From Flaccisagitta enflata (lineage: Eukaryota), in NCBI GenBank assembly GCA_965153355.1, contig OZ231126.1, forward strand, positions 31,744,001-31,808,000: a stretch of DNA of 64,000 nt, in the 5' to 3' direction. Each line of letters opens with the position of its first letter. Within the stretch, counting starts at the first letter, position 1. The notes below the pieces were generated by a model. It did no database searches. It was not told where the DNA came from and saw only the letters and a program-made list of their open reading frames with translations. Of the stretch, positions 33,401 through 48,017 are shown one piece after another. The position numbers were made by a program, and so were the translations under genes.

Positions 33401-35728
33401 ACATGTTTTTGGTATAACCATTGTTAACGCTCAATGTATCATTACTATGACAAATAGAAGTCATCATAGCCAAAGGGAAACATAAAATGAGTTACTTTAT
33501 CATGTGATCAATATTTTCTTTGTAGATTTTATGTCTAAATGAACATTTCCCTCAAGTGAACGAAGACCTTTGTCCTAGGTAGTAGCTCAAATCTTATCAA
33601 TCCATAACAATTAAAATTCCCTAGCTTTGGGAGTAGTACAAATACTGGCGCGAAATGTTGCCAGTTATTTTCTAAATCCCCGTTATAAAACACAAGCTGG
33701 AAAAGAAAAAGATATAGCTTTGAAAATGAGGAAAGTTCAGCTAAATATTGACGACAGAAGAATCCAGAATCCAGAATTTTGTGAGCGCAAGAACAGAAAA
33801 AGCGAAACAGTGAAGTTCAGGATAGAGCCTATTAAATCAAACAATACAATTTCTTTTGACAAGAAAATCCGACAATGGCTTACTTGGTCCACTTCCAGTT
33901 GCTGTCGTTGCCTCTCAATGTTTTTCCGCTCTTCGTTGATTTGCGCCAAAGCTTCGGCGATTTTGGCGAAGATGTAATGAGGATCCGGCGTCGTCAGTCC
34001 AGGCGCGGCGCCGAGGAGGGCGGACGAAGTCGTGGAACGACGCTGCGGAGCCTTTTGCTGCGAGGAAGAGGAAGCGTTTGAAGGATGAGCGCCATTTGCA
34101 TCGATGTCGCGAAAGGTGGCGCCTTCTTTAGCGCCATTGCCACCCACGCTTTTAGCGCTTGCACCACCACCACCACCACCGGTGTTAACGCCGCCGCCGC
34201 TACCACTTCCTCCACCTCCATTCACTCCGAACTTTTTCCAGCCAGGAGCGGCGATGGGTTTAAAACCCAATGCAGAGTCGGAGCGCGGTTGCATGACGAT
34301 ACCATCATCGCTGGACGCCCGAGATCGACTTCGACCATTGTTGTTGTTGCTGTTGTTTGCGGCGTCAAAACCGAAAGGGTCGTTGGCATCGTGAAATTGA
34401 AGAGATTCGTTCATTCCTAACAGCGCGTCCGCATTGTTAACGTAACCTAGTTAAGAAATCCAAATAGTTAGTGACATTATTACTTACCGTATTTTCTCTA
34501 AAAGCGCCCCGGGCGCTTTTGAGATTGAAATATGATTTTGCTTTTTAACTCTCCAGTTAGCGCCGCTTTTAAATAGTAGATGAACTGTCATTCAGTCTAT
34601 CTTTTTCATGAAAGACTAACAAAATGTTAAATTTGACTTGAAATGGAGATATTTATTGCATATCTGTCTTAAAGTTTTTGACAATTGTTCTTTGTGTTGT
34701 ATCATTTCCTTATTTAACTAAACATTTCTGCCAAAATCTTTTCTGAATAGTAATACCAAGTAAAAACAAGGGTGGGGGCGCTTTTTTTTGGGAGGGGGGC
34801 GCTCAATGGAGAAAATGCGGTATGCTTGACAAAACTAGAATTTATTAAACCCTAGAATCGTTAGATAAGATGGAGCGAATGTTCATTTTCAGCTAAAACT
34901 ATCCTGAGAAAAGGTCTCTCATGATATCAGCACAATATTATTCAAAATTACTAACAGGAAGGAACAACGCAACGTTATAATACCTGCCGACGATAGCGAG
35001 GTCGCGACTTTCGCCATGTACGAGCTATTGATACCGCTACCGCCACCTCCACCCCGGCCTCGGACGCTACCAGTACCGTCCTCGCCGCCACCACCTCGCT
35101 TATTTCCTTTTTCCTGCTTGGCGTAGAAATTTCGCATGATTTCTGCGTTTTCGTCCAATGCTTGCATAGCCTTCGCGTCGAGCGTGTAATTGCTTCCTCC
35201 ATTCTTGCAGTTGGCGCTGTTGCTTCCGTAGGCGGTTGCGTTCCCACCGCCGTGATTCGAAGAAGAGCCGATTTTGCCACCGGAGGCGATATAGTGTCGG
35301 AGTTCGTACGTCTCCGTCACGCCGCTCACGCTGTAACTGGCGAGGGCTTTCAACGCCTACGAAGAGAAATACATTCCTATTGTTTGTGGTACGTATATAC
35401 GAGACTAATTACGCATTTCTACTCAATATCAATTACGTTTATGTATGTAATCAATGCATTATTGCAACTAAAGCAAATTAAAATTACAGACTTTATATGG
35501 AAACGGCACAAAAGCGCTACAAACGGCTCGCATGCAAATTCCCAGTAGCGACCTGTTTGGCGGTTTCCGGTGTCGGAAACTCGACGAAGAGGACGTCAGT
35601 TCTTTGGTGAAACTTGGGCTTCAAGTGCAAAACTCCGTCGCGAATTTCTTCTTCCTTTTGACTCAAATAAAGCGGGCCTTCCCTAGGGGACTTGCTCACG
35701 CGCAGACATTTCTCCTTCGCGAAAAATC
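30451..35728 (-). CDS. Uncharacterised protein: degenerate RRM-like segment, Gly/Ser-rich linker, coiled coil, acidic disordered C-terminus (exons 2-6 of model)
   Basis: Phase-consistent GT-AG exons 35728-35553, 35356-34984, 34446-33884, 31833-31588 (or 31603) and 31449-30451. Spliced VLFVEFPTPETAKQ|ALKAL resembles RNP1 plus helix 2; IAEALAQINEERKNIERQRQQLEVDQ|ARFRKEMDFERMK looks coiled-coil. Confidence 0.75.
32420..33106. mobile_element. hAT-type MITE
   Basis: 15-bp TIR CAGGGCCGTGGAGAG / CTCTCCACGGCCCTG; exact 8-bp TSD CTTTTGAT. Confidence 0.92.
34487..34820. mobile_element. pogo/Tc1-mariner-type MITE
   Basis: TA|CCGTATTTTCTC...GAGAAAATGCGG|TA. Confidence 0.8.
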
Positions 35729-37139
35729 CTAAGGAACATAAATCATTATTATCAACTCGTAAATTAGAAAGTAAAGAAGTTACAAAATCATGTACATATA
35801 AGACATGCTTCTTGGCATGATATCATTTAACAGGCCATCTCAAGCGAGATTTTCAATTTCACGTTAAGATGTGCAAATCTAATTAAAAGTGATAATTCGC
35901 GGATATGCAGGTTAGGTAGATAATGATCTATTTGTTTTACTTCATTGAGTTAAAATTGAAACGCGATCTGAAAAAAACTCGCCCCGGGAAGTGTCTAGAC
36001 TCACGACAGGCGTAAATCACCACCGATCTAGGCTTTCTTGGGTTTGTTCGATAGAGATTTGTTTTTTCTCGCGACTTTTGCTTACTAGAGTTGTTGTTTG
36101 TTTGTTAGAAATAGATGAGAGGTACAAATATAAAAACGATTCATGACTGACAAACACAACTTTACATTCAGAGTTAGAGTCCAGGGACTGAAAGGTCAAC
36201 CACAGAGCAGTCACTCGAAATCATTTTTTAATGAAAGCATTTTGTCTATATAATGGTCAAAACCATTTTTGTTTATGATAACCTTCAATTTTTGAGGTTA
36301 TTACACTTTTTTAACTCGATCTACTTCATCATGAGTAGTAACACCTAATGTAAAGCGACTTTTTAAGAGGCGTTTTCTGCGTCACTCTGCGTGTCTCTCT
36401 CTGCTTTGGTAAGTTGTGCATGTGTATAACAAAAACATGAGGACGATTTTTTTCTTAACTAAATTGCATTTTATCTACGGTTGCGAGTAGCCATACTCGA
36501 ACTAATACCTGCTCTACTACCGGACAATCTCCAAAAATTGTTTTTACTTTGGTTTTATACATTTTTTGTAAAAACGATGACGCGCAACGATACATGTGAA
36601 CTGAGACTTGGACTCTGAAAAAAAAGTGTGGGGACGAGTTCTAGAAAATAAGCGTACAATTCATTGACCATATTTTCTTGTCATTTTCGTTAATGAAAAA
36701 TAATATAACATGAAAACGATGTAAGCTGGAGATTTATGGTCCCCCTAGTTTTTTTCGCGGCTTCATGTTTCATAGGTGGAAAAAAAATCCATGTTCGGAA
36801 GCGTCGGGAAGCCACTCTTACTTCTTTGCCTAGGTTAGGATGGAATATAAAATGCTACACATGTTCATGTCACTTTCTAACCCACCATACCCTACAGCAC
36901 AAACCAATTATAGTTGGAAAAAAGTCGAATTACGTAATTCGACCTTTTGAAATGCAGGCTGGCAGAAACAGGGGCACACTTGGCACATTGTGCCTCGGAA
37001 CTATAGCTCAAAAGTCGGACTTATAGATTGGTCCCGATTGGATGATGGAAAAAATTAAGGAAAAAGAGGAGAAGAATAGGAGGAAAATGGAAAAATCAGA
37101 AGCATTAATAGGCACAGTGCTTGTTTAGGCATTAATAGG

Positions 37140-37830
37140 CACAGTGCTTGTTTAGGCCACTCGACAAAGTTTATTTCACCAGACTGTCACCGACCCCCTA
37201 AATCCACCCAAATCACCTACACAGTGCTTGTTTAGGCCACTCGACAAAGTTTATTTCACCAGACTGTCACCGACCCCCTAAATCCACCCAAATCACCTAC
37301 ACAGTGCTTGTTTAGGCCACTCGACAAAGTTTATTTCACCAGACTGTCACCGACCCCCTAAATCCACCCAAATCACCTACACAGTGCTTGTTTAGGCCAC
37401 TCGACAAAGTTTATTTCACCAGACTGTCACCGACCCCCTAAATCCACCCAAATCACCTACACAGTGCTTGTTTAGGCCACTCGACAAAGTTTATTTCACC
37501 AGACTGTCACCGACCCCCTAAATCCACCCAAATCACCTACACAGTGCTTGTTTAGGCCACTCGACAAAGTTTATTTCACCAGACTGTCACCGACCCTAAA
37601 TCCACCCAAATCACCTACACAGTGCTTGTTTAGCCACACAAGTTTATTTCACCAGACTGTCACGACCCCTAAATCCACCCAAATCACCTACACAGTGCTT
37701 GTTTAGGCCACTCGACAAAGTTTATTTCACCAGACTGTCACCGACCCCCTAAATCCACCCAAATCACCTACACAGTGCTTGTTTAGGCCACTCGACAAAG
37801 TTTATTTCACCAGACTGTCACCGACCCCCT
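37140..37830 (+). repeat. 80-bp tandem array of the left terminus (9 heptamer-bearing units)
   Basis: Same unit; starts at 37140, 37220, 37300, 37380, 37460, 37540, 37618, 37691 and 37771; two units carry small deletions. Confidence 0.95.
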
Positions 37831-38021
37831 GATGCCTTTTTTTTTCAAACCCTGTGTTCAATGCGGCCCCTCCTCTTACACTGTCTTTTCTAGCCCCCGT
37901 CCCACCCACCACCAAAGTCCTCATTTTGAATAAATTATCTACTAAGACATTATTTAATTGCTGATCGAAAAGAACAAAAAAACGATATCCGTATCATTAA
38001 AATGTAGCATCGATACTAGTA

Positions 38022-39124
38022 CACCGTGTTGCCTAGCTGTGATAGGTAGGAAAAAATGACACAGCATAGCGACCTATTCTGGGGTGTTATATACACCTAG
38101 ACTGATATTCCCCTGCATGAGACTAAAAATTCTGTTGGGATTTTTCCGAGAAAACGCCGTAAAATGCCGTAATTTCCCGTAAAATTGACATTTTTTAGCG
38201 TTTTTCAGCCAATACTTGCTCAAAAACTGCGGCTCTGGTCAGCAAATGGTCTGACAATTACAATTTAGCACTGAGACACGTTCATGCAAAAATTTAAGTC
38301 AAGCGGAAATCATTTAGTATCATTTTACGCCGTAAAATGCCGTTAAAATAGCAATTTTAAGCGTTTCTTGGGTGTCACTCTCAAATAGCAGGAATTGACT
38401 TGAGAACTGACAGAGAAAGGGTATCAGGGCTTAAAACAAACATATATATCGAACTTTTGTCATATAATGTCAGGATTTGGTGACATATCATGCCGTAAAG
38501 CGCCGTTAAGTACTGTTAAAATGACATTTTTGGGGTAATAATTGCTCATACAACTGCTCCACTTTTAAGAAACAAACAAACTAGGATATTTGAAACCGAG
38601 ACACATTCTATTCAATTTGTCATCATTTGGCATAGTTTCATGCCCAAAAAATGCCGTTAAAATGCCGTCAAAATAGTATTTTTGACAATTTTTGGGTGAC
38701 ACCCTCTCATATAGCACGCATAAACACTAAATGTGCCAGAAAATGGAAAGTTAGATGTACTGACATCATAGATTCAAAACAATGAGTTGATATAAAATCA
38801 TATCCTTATGCCATAAATAACCGCTAAGTGCCGCTTATTCATCAGAGAAAGACTGTCGTAAATTCTTGGAAATGAAAATAACAAAGAAGTGGTACCCAGC
38901 TACAAGGCTAAAATATTACCAGTTATTGAAAATTAGGATTCCCTAGTCTTGGGAATAGTTCAAATATTTGCGCAATTTGATGCTAGAACATTTTCTACAT
39001 TACCATTTCAATCATTCAATACACAACCTAGAGAGTAAAAAGATACAACCTGGAAAATAGGGCTAAATACAGCTTAATATTTACGACAGAAAAAGTCCAA
39101 TGGTCATTTTTTGCAGCTTCTAAG

Positions 39125-39200
<76 letters not shown>

Positions 39201-39434
39201 GAGCGTGTACGTGTGTGGGTGTGTGTGCGTGTACGTGTGTGGGTGTGTGTGCGTGTACGTGTGTGGGTGTGTGCGTGTGTGTATGTGTGTTACTGTATCA
39301 TTGTGTAAATGTATGAAAGTGCTTTTGCATGGACGCACTAACACGCATGTTTTCCAGAGCATTATTGTGTGTATGTACGTGCATGCGTGTGTGTGTGCCT
39401 GCATGCGTGTGTGAATGTGTGCGTGTGTGAATGT

Positions 39435-39509
<75 letters not shown>

Positions 39510-40419
39510 GAAATTAAAGGACGCATCTAATAGTAATAACCGCCAAATAAAATATTTTCCCATTTCACGGTGTTTTATGGTCATTTTAGTATTTTACAGT
39601 CTTTTACGGCATGTAAATGTGAAGTTATCACAACACTTTGTGTTGAAGCCTTCATCTAAATGTATCTCAGGATCTACCATCCTTTTTTAGGCATTTTAGA
39701 AGAATTGCCACACAATATAATGAAATAACACCCAAAAGTCAGTAAAAAAACCATTTATCATTTTTACGGCATTTTGTACGGCATGAAATGATGCTGAATG
39801 ATGACGGCTTGCTTTGAGTTTTTTTAAGAGTGTCTCTCGTTGCCACAAATACTAAGTTTTATCAGGTTAATCATTGTTGAGCCAGTATTACTCAAAAGAA
39901 TGCCAATTATGCCATTTTTACGGCATTTTACAGCATTGACGGCATTTTACGGCTTTGCAATGTGACCAAATACAACAATATTATGTGGAAGTTGAGCACA
40001 TGTGCGTTTTAGGCCCCAATTCCCATTTCCTGGCAGTTTTTAAGACCATATCCTATAATATGGAAGAGCAACACTTAAAATCAGTCAGAAATGTCATTTT
40101 AACGGCATTTAACGGCGTAAAATGATACCATATGACGTCTGCATGACTTGAATTTTTACATGAATGTGTCTTAGTGCTGAATTGCAATTGTCAGACCATT
40201 TGCTGACCAGAGCCGCTGTTTTTGAGCACGTTTTGGTTGAAAAACGCTCAAAAATGTCAATTTTACGGGAAATTACGACATTTTACGCGTTTTCTCCAAA
40301 ATCCCAACAGAATTTTTAGTCTCATGCAGGGGAATATCAGTCTAGGTGTATATAACACCCCAGAATAGGTCGCTATGCTGTGTCATTTTTTCCTAGTTAT
40401 CACAGCTAGGCAACACGGT
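38022..40419. mobile_element. Nested long-TIR element inside copy 2
   Basis: Same sequence as 20153-22479; flanks agta(c)/agtac. Confidence 0.8.
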
Positions 40420-41901
40420 GAGTACTAAGGATGACAATGTTGTACAACTTTCTTTTTTCTTTTGAAACATTGGTTTCTTGACTTTTATGACTTTTTTACT
40501 GACTACTGTATGCAAACTGGATTTTGAAGAACTAAAGCCTTTTATCATGAGCGTCCTTGCACATTGATAACATGTTGTGTCCATCCATCGGTCTTTCTGT
40601 AAGTCTGTCTGCCAGTGGGCAAACGTACGGATTGTGGAGAAGCGAGAAGCGCCCCCTCTTGGAAGCTGAGTGACAGCGTCGTCAAGTCTTGAAATAAAGA
40701 TATGAGAAAAATGAAGTTTTCTTTGGTTGATCAGTTTTATAGTTATCCTGAATCATTTTTCTCTATTTAAGGAAAAAATAACCTAAAATTTGTGTTGGTG
40801 TCTCATGAATCTATTATCTAAGAGTATTTGTTGTCAAAATTTGTCATATTTTTAGTCGCGTGCTACGCGACTCTACACCATATGTTGGTCCGTCGGTCGG
40901 TCGGTCGGTTGGTCGGTCGGTCGGTCCCCTCTTTACTTTTTTGGCGTTTTTGAGCTTTTTGGGTCTACTGCTCCTGCCCAAATGCTCTTGTGACTTTCTC
41001 CTGCACTGCTCCTGCCCACCCGCACGCGACTGGGGTAGCCGTGAATCGGCCTTGTTTTTCAAAAAATTACCATTTGAGACAGACTCCTCATGTCAGAACC
41101 TTTTAGGGGAAAATCTTTGCTTCCCAGTAGTAAAGAAAAATCTCTTTGTCTGCCAGTAGGTTGGTCTGTTGGTCAGAAGGTAGGACTTAACAAGGCCGGA
41201 TACACGACTACCCTAGTCGCGTGTGGGTGGGCAGGGGCAGTGATGAAGATAGTCACTGGGGCATTTGAACAGGAGCAGTAAGCTCAAAACGCTCAAAAAC
41301 ACCAAGAAATTAGATGGGGACCGACCGACAGACAGACGGTTGGATGGACGGACAAAGCGGGGTGTAGAGTCATGTCGCGTACCACGCGACTAAAAATTAT
41401 TTTTACTTTGAAGGCTCATCTCCGAGTTTTTAGTCCGTGTTTTTAGACACTACACCCCGCTTTGTCCGTCGGTCGGTCGGTCGGTCGGCCGGTCCCCATT
41501 TTACTTCTTTTATGTTTTTGCGGTCTTTGGCCTCACTGCACTTGCCCAAGTGCTTTAGTAACTCAAATACTGCCCCTGCCCACCCGCACGCGACTAAGGT
41601 AGCCGTGTATCCAGCCTTGTTAGTCGCGGACACGCGACTCTACACCTTGCTGTGTCGGTCGGTCGGTACGTCGGTACATTACGATTTTTTTTAATTCCGA
41701 GCGGTTTACGCATTACTGCTCCTGCCCAACCGTCCGCGACTGGATTACCGTGTATCCGGCCTTGTTTTTCTGCTTATGGCACTTTGCGAAAATCATAATA
41801 AGCCGTTGGAAAAGGATCCAGGACAAAATTGAACTGGTTTGTCATACAATATGGATTGAAGAAGCTTTTTATCACTTTGGGAATTAAAATGCACACAATC
41901 C

Positions 41902-42055
<154 letters not shown>

Positions 42056-43444
42056 CTCCGTCCCAAGCGTACCCATAGTTGAACCAAGCAGTTTTTTTAG
42101 TTCTCTGTCAATAATTAAAACAAACAAGATTGACAACGAGGGTTATTCATTGAAAAGATGGGCCGGCATATCAAGTTTACACTGCATAGCTTTCCCTCAA
42201 TGGAAATGATGCAAAAATTCCCCCTGCATAAGAAATGCCAGATAGAAATTGAGTTTCCAAATAATCAGCAGACAAACGCACGTCGAGATCTTAAAATAAT
42301 GTGAAATTAAAAGTCGTTTATTTCAAAACTGCAAACTTGCCACTCCGTGCCACCGAGATTTGAGAAGTTTGGAGCCATGAGAATGAGGAAAACACATCGT
42401 CGTCATTGCCACCTACCTTCGAAGACCTTCAAAGTCATTCAAAGTTAAAAGGTATAATTTTGCTTTGCTGACGCTTCCCATCGATCACCGACCTTGACAC
42501 ACTCTACCATAGCGACCATGATGCAAAGGGACCCTATTTTCCATATAACGTCATGAATCGAGTGGCCTAAGCCTGGTTTTTAACGGGATCACAAATTGGC
42601 TAAATTGGTGTACCATGCCTCTGGTAGGCATCCCTCATGGGTCAGACCATGGTTGAAGCTAAGTTTCATCGAGTTTAAGTCATTTATAAAAAAATCTCAA
42701 AAATAATTATACTTCATCATCAGGCAGTGTGATAGGGTTTTAGGTTTGATCACTTATTCTTTTGATGTGGGACTATTAGTTTCCATGAAATTAAAGGTAA
42801 GATGTAGTAAAATAGTATTCTTATGCAATATCTACCTTACAACAGTTGATTTTTAGAGTCGGACATATAGTGCTGCAAAAAATTGTGCCTCGGACCTATA
42901 GAATTTTTTGCCACCCTGTTGAAATGTAGGGGAGAAATCGGGTTTTCCATTTTTAATTTGAGGCACTTGCGGAAGTTGAGCCATTTCCTGCCTAGGATGA
43001 TACATTTTTTGATATTCACAGCTAAGAAAGAGCTTATTTTTCTCTTTCAAATGGCGCCAACCAAAAGTCTTTACGATCATTAGTTTTGGCGCTATGAATT
43101 TTTGTATGAGAGAAGAAAGAGGGAAGAAAAGAAAGAGAACAAATAGAAGAGAGAGGAGAGAGAGAGAGGGAGAGAGAGGAGAGGAAGGGAGGAGAGAGAG
43201 GGAGGGAGAAGGAAGGGAGAGAGAGGGAGAGAAGAGGGACACACACACACACACAGCACACACGCACACATTCAAAGACAAAGGAAGACCAAAAAAGAGA
43301 CGCAAAGAGACAGATTGAATGACAAAAACAGGAGGCAGTCAACCGGACATCGTGAGATACACACACAGAAGAAGATACAATGAAAAAAAAGACTCCTATT
43401 TTCGACTTTTTTCCAGCCGGCGAGAGCCGCCTTTATTGGTATTA

Positions 43445-46400
43445 GTAGAGACATGAAATTTGGTATGGAAAGTCAGTGGGGGAATACTTTTGAGGCCATC
43501 AGAGGGTTTTTTTCAATTTCCGCCCCTGAGCGGGGATATGGGGGCGGGGGTTGGTTATTTCTTTTCGCCCTTTTCAGCTAATATGGAGTGGCTAATTTTA
43601 AGACCCTTACTAGTTTTCTTTTATCAAGAATCATTCATCTTCCGTTTGTTAGAAAATTGTTTTTTATGACCTAATTTGCATAATGCAGTGGGATAAAACA
43701 ACATACTGACATAGTTTGAATTAGTTTCTACAAATTTCTACTCTTCATGGAATTGTAATTCTGCCTTTTTATAAGCGGTTTTATAGCTTATGCTCTGATA
43801 TTTTAGTTAATTTTTACAAACATCATAATTTTTTGAAACAAAGAATTTTTCTTTTTGTAACAAAACTACACAGGATTCTGCTGAATTCTGGGAAATCTGT
43901 GGGAACAAAACAAAACAAAAACGGAAGATGAGATGAAGAAAGGAAAATGGTCATCTTCATAATTTTTGCTCCTCCATATCACCTCAGTAGGGTGAAAGGA
44001 TACTGCCAACTTAGTCAAATCTAGTTCATACCATAGAAAATGTACAATAGCATGGGGGATCATGGTAAAAAATGGTCGGAGCCTTTACGTTCAGGAGATG
44101 TTCGCACCATTTCATGGTATAATGCACCAAAAAAAATTTGGAGGTCTTCCGATATCGGGAAGATGGCGCCGCCACCCCCCCCCCCCCTGAGTAAAACTGT
44201 GGTGGTGCAACAATTCTTGTTGTTTAAGGTCATTTCAACCTCAAAATTCGGCCACTTTGCCTTAGCAAAATGACAATAAATCCATAAGATTATAAAACTA
44301 TAGAGTTCAAGAGCTAACCAGTGGTGCAATCTGCATGTTTCTATCATAACCGGCCAAACCAGCTCTACCACCCAACCAGCCTACCAGCCTAAAAGTGAAA
44401 AACGTGCATAACTTTGGCATTTTAAAACCAATTTGGTTGAAACTTGGTATGTGGTCTCCGACTGGAAGGACTAAACATATAAATTCGATTTATAAAGATT
44501 TTAGTATGCTAACCGGCCAAACCAGCCTACCACCTAACCAGCCTACTAGCCTAAAAGTGGCATTTTTAAATTGATTTGGTTGAAACTTGGTATGTAGTCT
44601 CTGAACGGAAGGACTAAACATATGAATTCGATTCATAAAGATTTTTACATGCTAACCAGCTAAACTGGACTACCACCCAACTAGCTTACCAGCCTAAAAG
44701 TGAAAAAACTTGCATAACTTTGTCATTTTTCAATTGATTTGGTTGCAACTTAGTATGAAGTCTCAAAATGGAAGGACTCAACATATGTATTTGATTTGTT
44801 AAGATTTTAGCATGCTAACTGACCAAACCAGCCTACTACCCAACCAGCCTACCAGCCTAAAAGTGAAAAACCTGCATAACTTTGGCATTTTTCAACTGAT
44901 TTGGTTGAACCTTGGCATGTAATCTCTAGATAGAAGGACTCAACATATGAATTTGATTTATAAAGATTCTAGCATGCTAACCAGCCTACCACTCAATGAA
45001 CCTACCACCTTCAAAATGATAAATGTGCATAACTTGAACAATTTTCAATCAATTTTGTTAAAACTAAAAACTTGGTATGCATACTCAAAATGAAATGACT
45101 TGATGTACGTATGCGACCAAAGCAGCTTACCTCTCAACCACGCCTTTGGCAACGCCATTTGACAATGCCATTTGACAATACCAAGTTGATTGGAAATTGT
45201 TCAAGTTATGCACATTTATCACTTTGAATTTGGTAGGTTGGTTGGGTGGTAGGCCGGTTTGCATGCTTAAATCCTTATAAATCAAATTCATATGTTAAGT
45301 TCCTCCATCTAGAGACTATATACCAAGTTTCAACCAAATTGGTTGAAAAATGCCAAAGTTATGCAGGTTTTTCTCTTTTAGGCTGGTTAGGTGGTAGGCC
45401 AGTTTGGTCGGTTAGCATGCTAAAATCTTAACAAATCAAATACATTTGTTGAGTTCTTCCATTTCGAGACTTTATACTAAGTTTCAACCAAATCAATTGA
45501 AAAATGACAAAGTTATGCACATTTTTAACTTTTAGGCTGGTAGGCTGGTTGGGAGGTAGTCCAGTTTGACCAGTTAGCATGCTAAAATCTTTATAAATCG
45601 AATACCTATGTTTAGTCCCTCTATTCAGAGACTTCATACCAAGTTTCAAACAAATCAATTGAAAAATGCAAAAGTTATGCACGTTTTTCATTTTTAGGCT
45701 GGTTGGGTGGTAGGCCAGTTTGGTCAGTTAGCATGCTAAAATCTTAACAAATCAAATACATATGTTGAATTCTTTCATTTCAAGACTTTAAATTAAGTTT
45801 CAACCAAATCAATTGAAAAATGACAAAGTAATGCACGTTTTTCACTTTTAGGCTGGTAGGCTGGTTGGGTGGTAGGCTGGTTTGGCCGGTTATGATAGAA
45901 ACATGCAGATTGCATCACTGGTTAGCTCTTGAGCTCTAGTTTTATAATCTCATGGATTTTTAGTCATTTTTCTAAGGCAAAGTGGCCCAATTATGATGGC
46001 AAAATGATCTTAAACAACAAAATTTGTACCACCACCACCACTTTACTCAGGGGGGGTGGCGGCGCCATTTTCCTGACATCGGACGACCTCCAAATTTTTT
46101 TAGTGCAAAATACCATGAAATTGTGCGCACATCTCCTGAACATAAAGGCTCTGACCATTTTTTGCCATGAACCCCCGTGCAGGCCGTGCTAATGTACAAA
46201 GAATACTGAATTATTCTTGAAATTTGAAGAGTTATGCACTTTTGAACGTTAAAACAAATCATTTAAAAAAATAAAAAATCCTGGTAAAATCACAATCAGA
46301 ATTTTACGATAGTTTAAAGTTTCTATGCTTATTAGAGCCTAATACAACATTTCCGATTGAAAAAATCCAAAATTAAAAAAAAAAATTGAGATTTTTTCAA

Positions 46401-46522
46401 TCCTCGGTGGTTACCCCATCCCACCCCAATATCCCCGCTCAGGGGCAGAAATCGAAAAAACCCTCTAATGACCCCGAAAGTATTCCCCCACTGACTTTCC
46501 ATACCAGGTTTCATGTCTCCAC
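43445..46522. repeat. ~3.1-kb foldback with inverted arrays of the ~151-bp repeat
   Basis: gagacatgaaatttggtatggaaagtcagtgggggaatac vs gtattcccccactgactttccataccaggtttcatgtctc; inner arms ~44040-45100 vs ~45180-46200. Confidence 0.8.
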
Positions 46523-46680
46523 TTTAAGTAGTTAGGGCTGTAGGGTATGGTGTATGGATTAGAAGGTGACATATAGCATTTCATAATCCATCCGAACATG
46601 TAATCACGTTCGGATTGTATATCATTATCAAACAAGCCAATTTCACGTAAAATCATTGAGGCCAACTAATGCGTGAAAAC

Positions 46681-46990
46681 CGTGGACAGGAGAAGACTTG
46701 CCGCGCGATGCCGCCGCAGTGACAGCGGCAGACGGTTTCGAAGTCGACGCCGCCGCGGTCGAAGGCTTGGTATTCATGCGGCTGGAAGGAGTCGGCGGCG
46801 GTTTAGAAATCTTGGATGATTTGTCCTCTGGAAGCGGCTTACGTGGCGGGAAAAAGGCCTCCTTGAGAACGGAAATTCCCGTTGGCAAATGGCCCGTTGG
46901 GGCGGGGATGGAGGAGGAAGTGGGCTGATCGACGGCCCGTTTGGAGACGAATCGCTTTGTGTAACCGGAATCGCCCATGGATGGCATCAT
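46681..46990 (-). CDS. Pro/Ser/Thr-rich exon, probable first coding exon of the RRM-like gene
   Basis: Acceptor tttcatag| at 47036-47037; ATG at 46990; GC-rich coding-like ORF; phase-1 donor CAC G|GTTTTC fits the phase-1 acceptor at 35728. Linkage across the ~11-kb TE-filled intron is inferred. Confidence 0.5.
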
Positions 46991-48017
46991 CAGTTGCCGA
47001 TCATCATTTGATTCCGAATCGGAATTTCCGATGTGCTATGAAAGACACTTTTCATGTGGACCGATCTGCTCGAAAAAATTGGTTGAAAAGTATAGTAAAA
47101 TAAAACTTTCTTGTTAAATAAAATTGACAATTTGCTCTCCATTTATCTAGAAAAACAAAGACCCATCAATGCCAGCTACCTTCCCCCAGCCCTGAATTTA
47201 TCAGACGGTGTCTATACGAACAAATTTCATTGCAAAATACACGATGGATGAAAAAGGGAAGAGTAAGAGAAATCCTGAAATTTAGAATGTCGATCAATAA
47301 AGCAAGGGAAAAAGCATCATGATCATGATTGAGAGAAGAAGAGGTGACGATGATGATGACGGTTAGGGACCTGACATCGATGAAACAGATGAAGAACGAT
47401 AAAAAAGCTAAAATGAACCGGGCTTCCAAAAAGTTCTAAAATCACATGCGTACAATGTGAGAATGGTAATAATTGACGATTACAATGGAGAAAACCGACG
47501 ATGGCTAAATCATGATGAAAATACATCTGGAACTAATCGCTAAAGTCGCTCTGAAGTCAATATTCAGATCATAAAGAGTGGGCGGTACGCGTTATGCTTA
47601 TTACTGACTGAAAACTATGACTCAAGTTGAAGAGAGAGACGATAAAAGATCAAATTCCTCGTGGAAAACAAGAAAAAACGATTCTAATAGACTACAAGTA
47701 CAAGTACGAGACCCGGATGATAAAATGATGAAACGGAAATAAAACATCCACACATTGAAAAGGTAGAGGTAGATTCAAAATGGATATGAGTTGAAAAGAC
47801 GTCGCCATGGCTTTAGATCAAAAAGTAATACTGACAAATTTATCCACTGATGCGCAAACTCATACCACATGAGAGAGAGCAAGAATGTTTTAAAAAACCA
47901 CTGGATATCATTTATAAATTTCTTTTCATACGAATTTTGATTTGCCTTATCATTTCAAAAGCGACGTTTACAGATTAAGGATATCTGGCAAAAGAGAATC
48001 AAAATTCAAAAACCGAG

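Noticed and set aside
35683-35709. ATG at 35709 as start of the RRM-like gene
   Set aside because: It is out of frame and stops after 8 codons; the long frame enters from the acceptor at 35728
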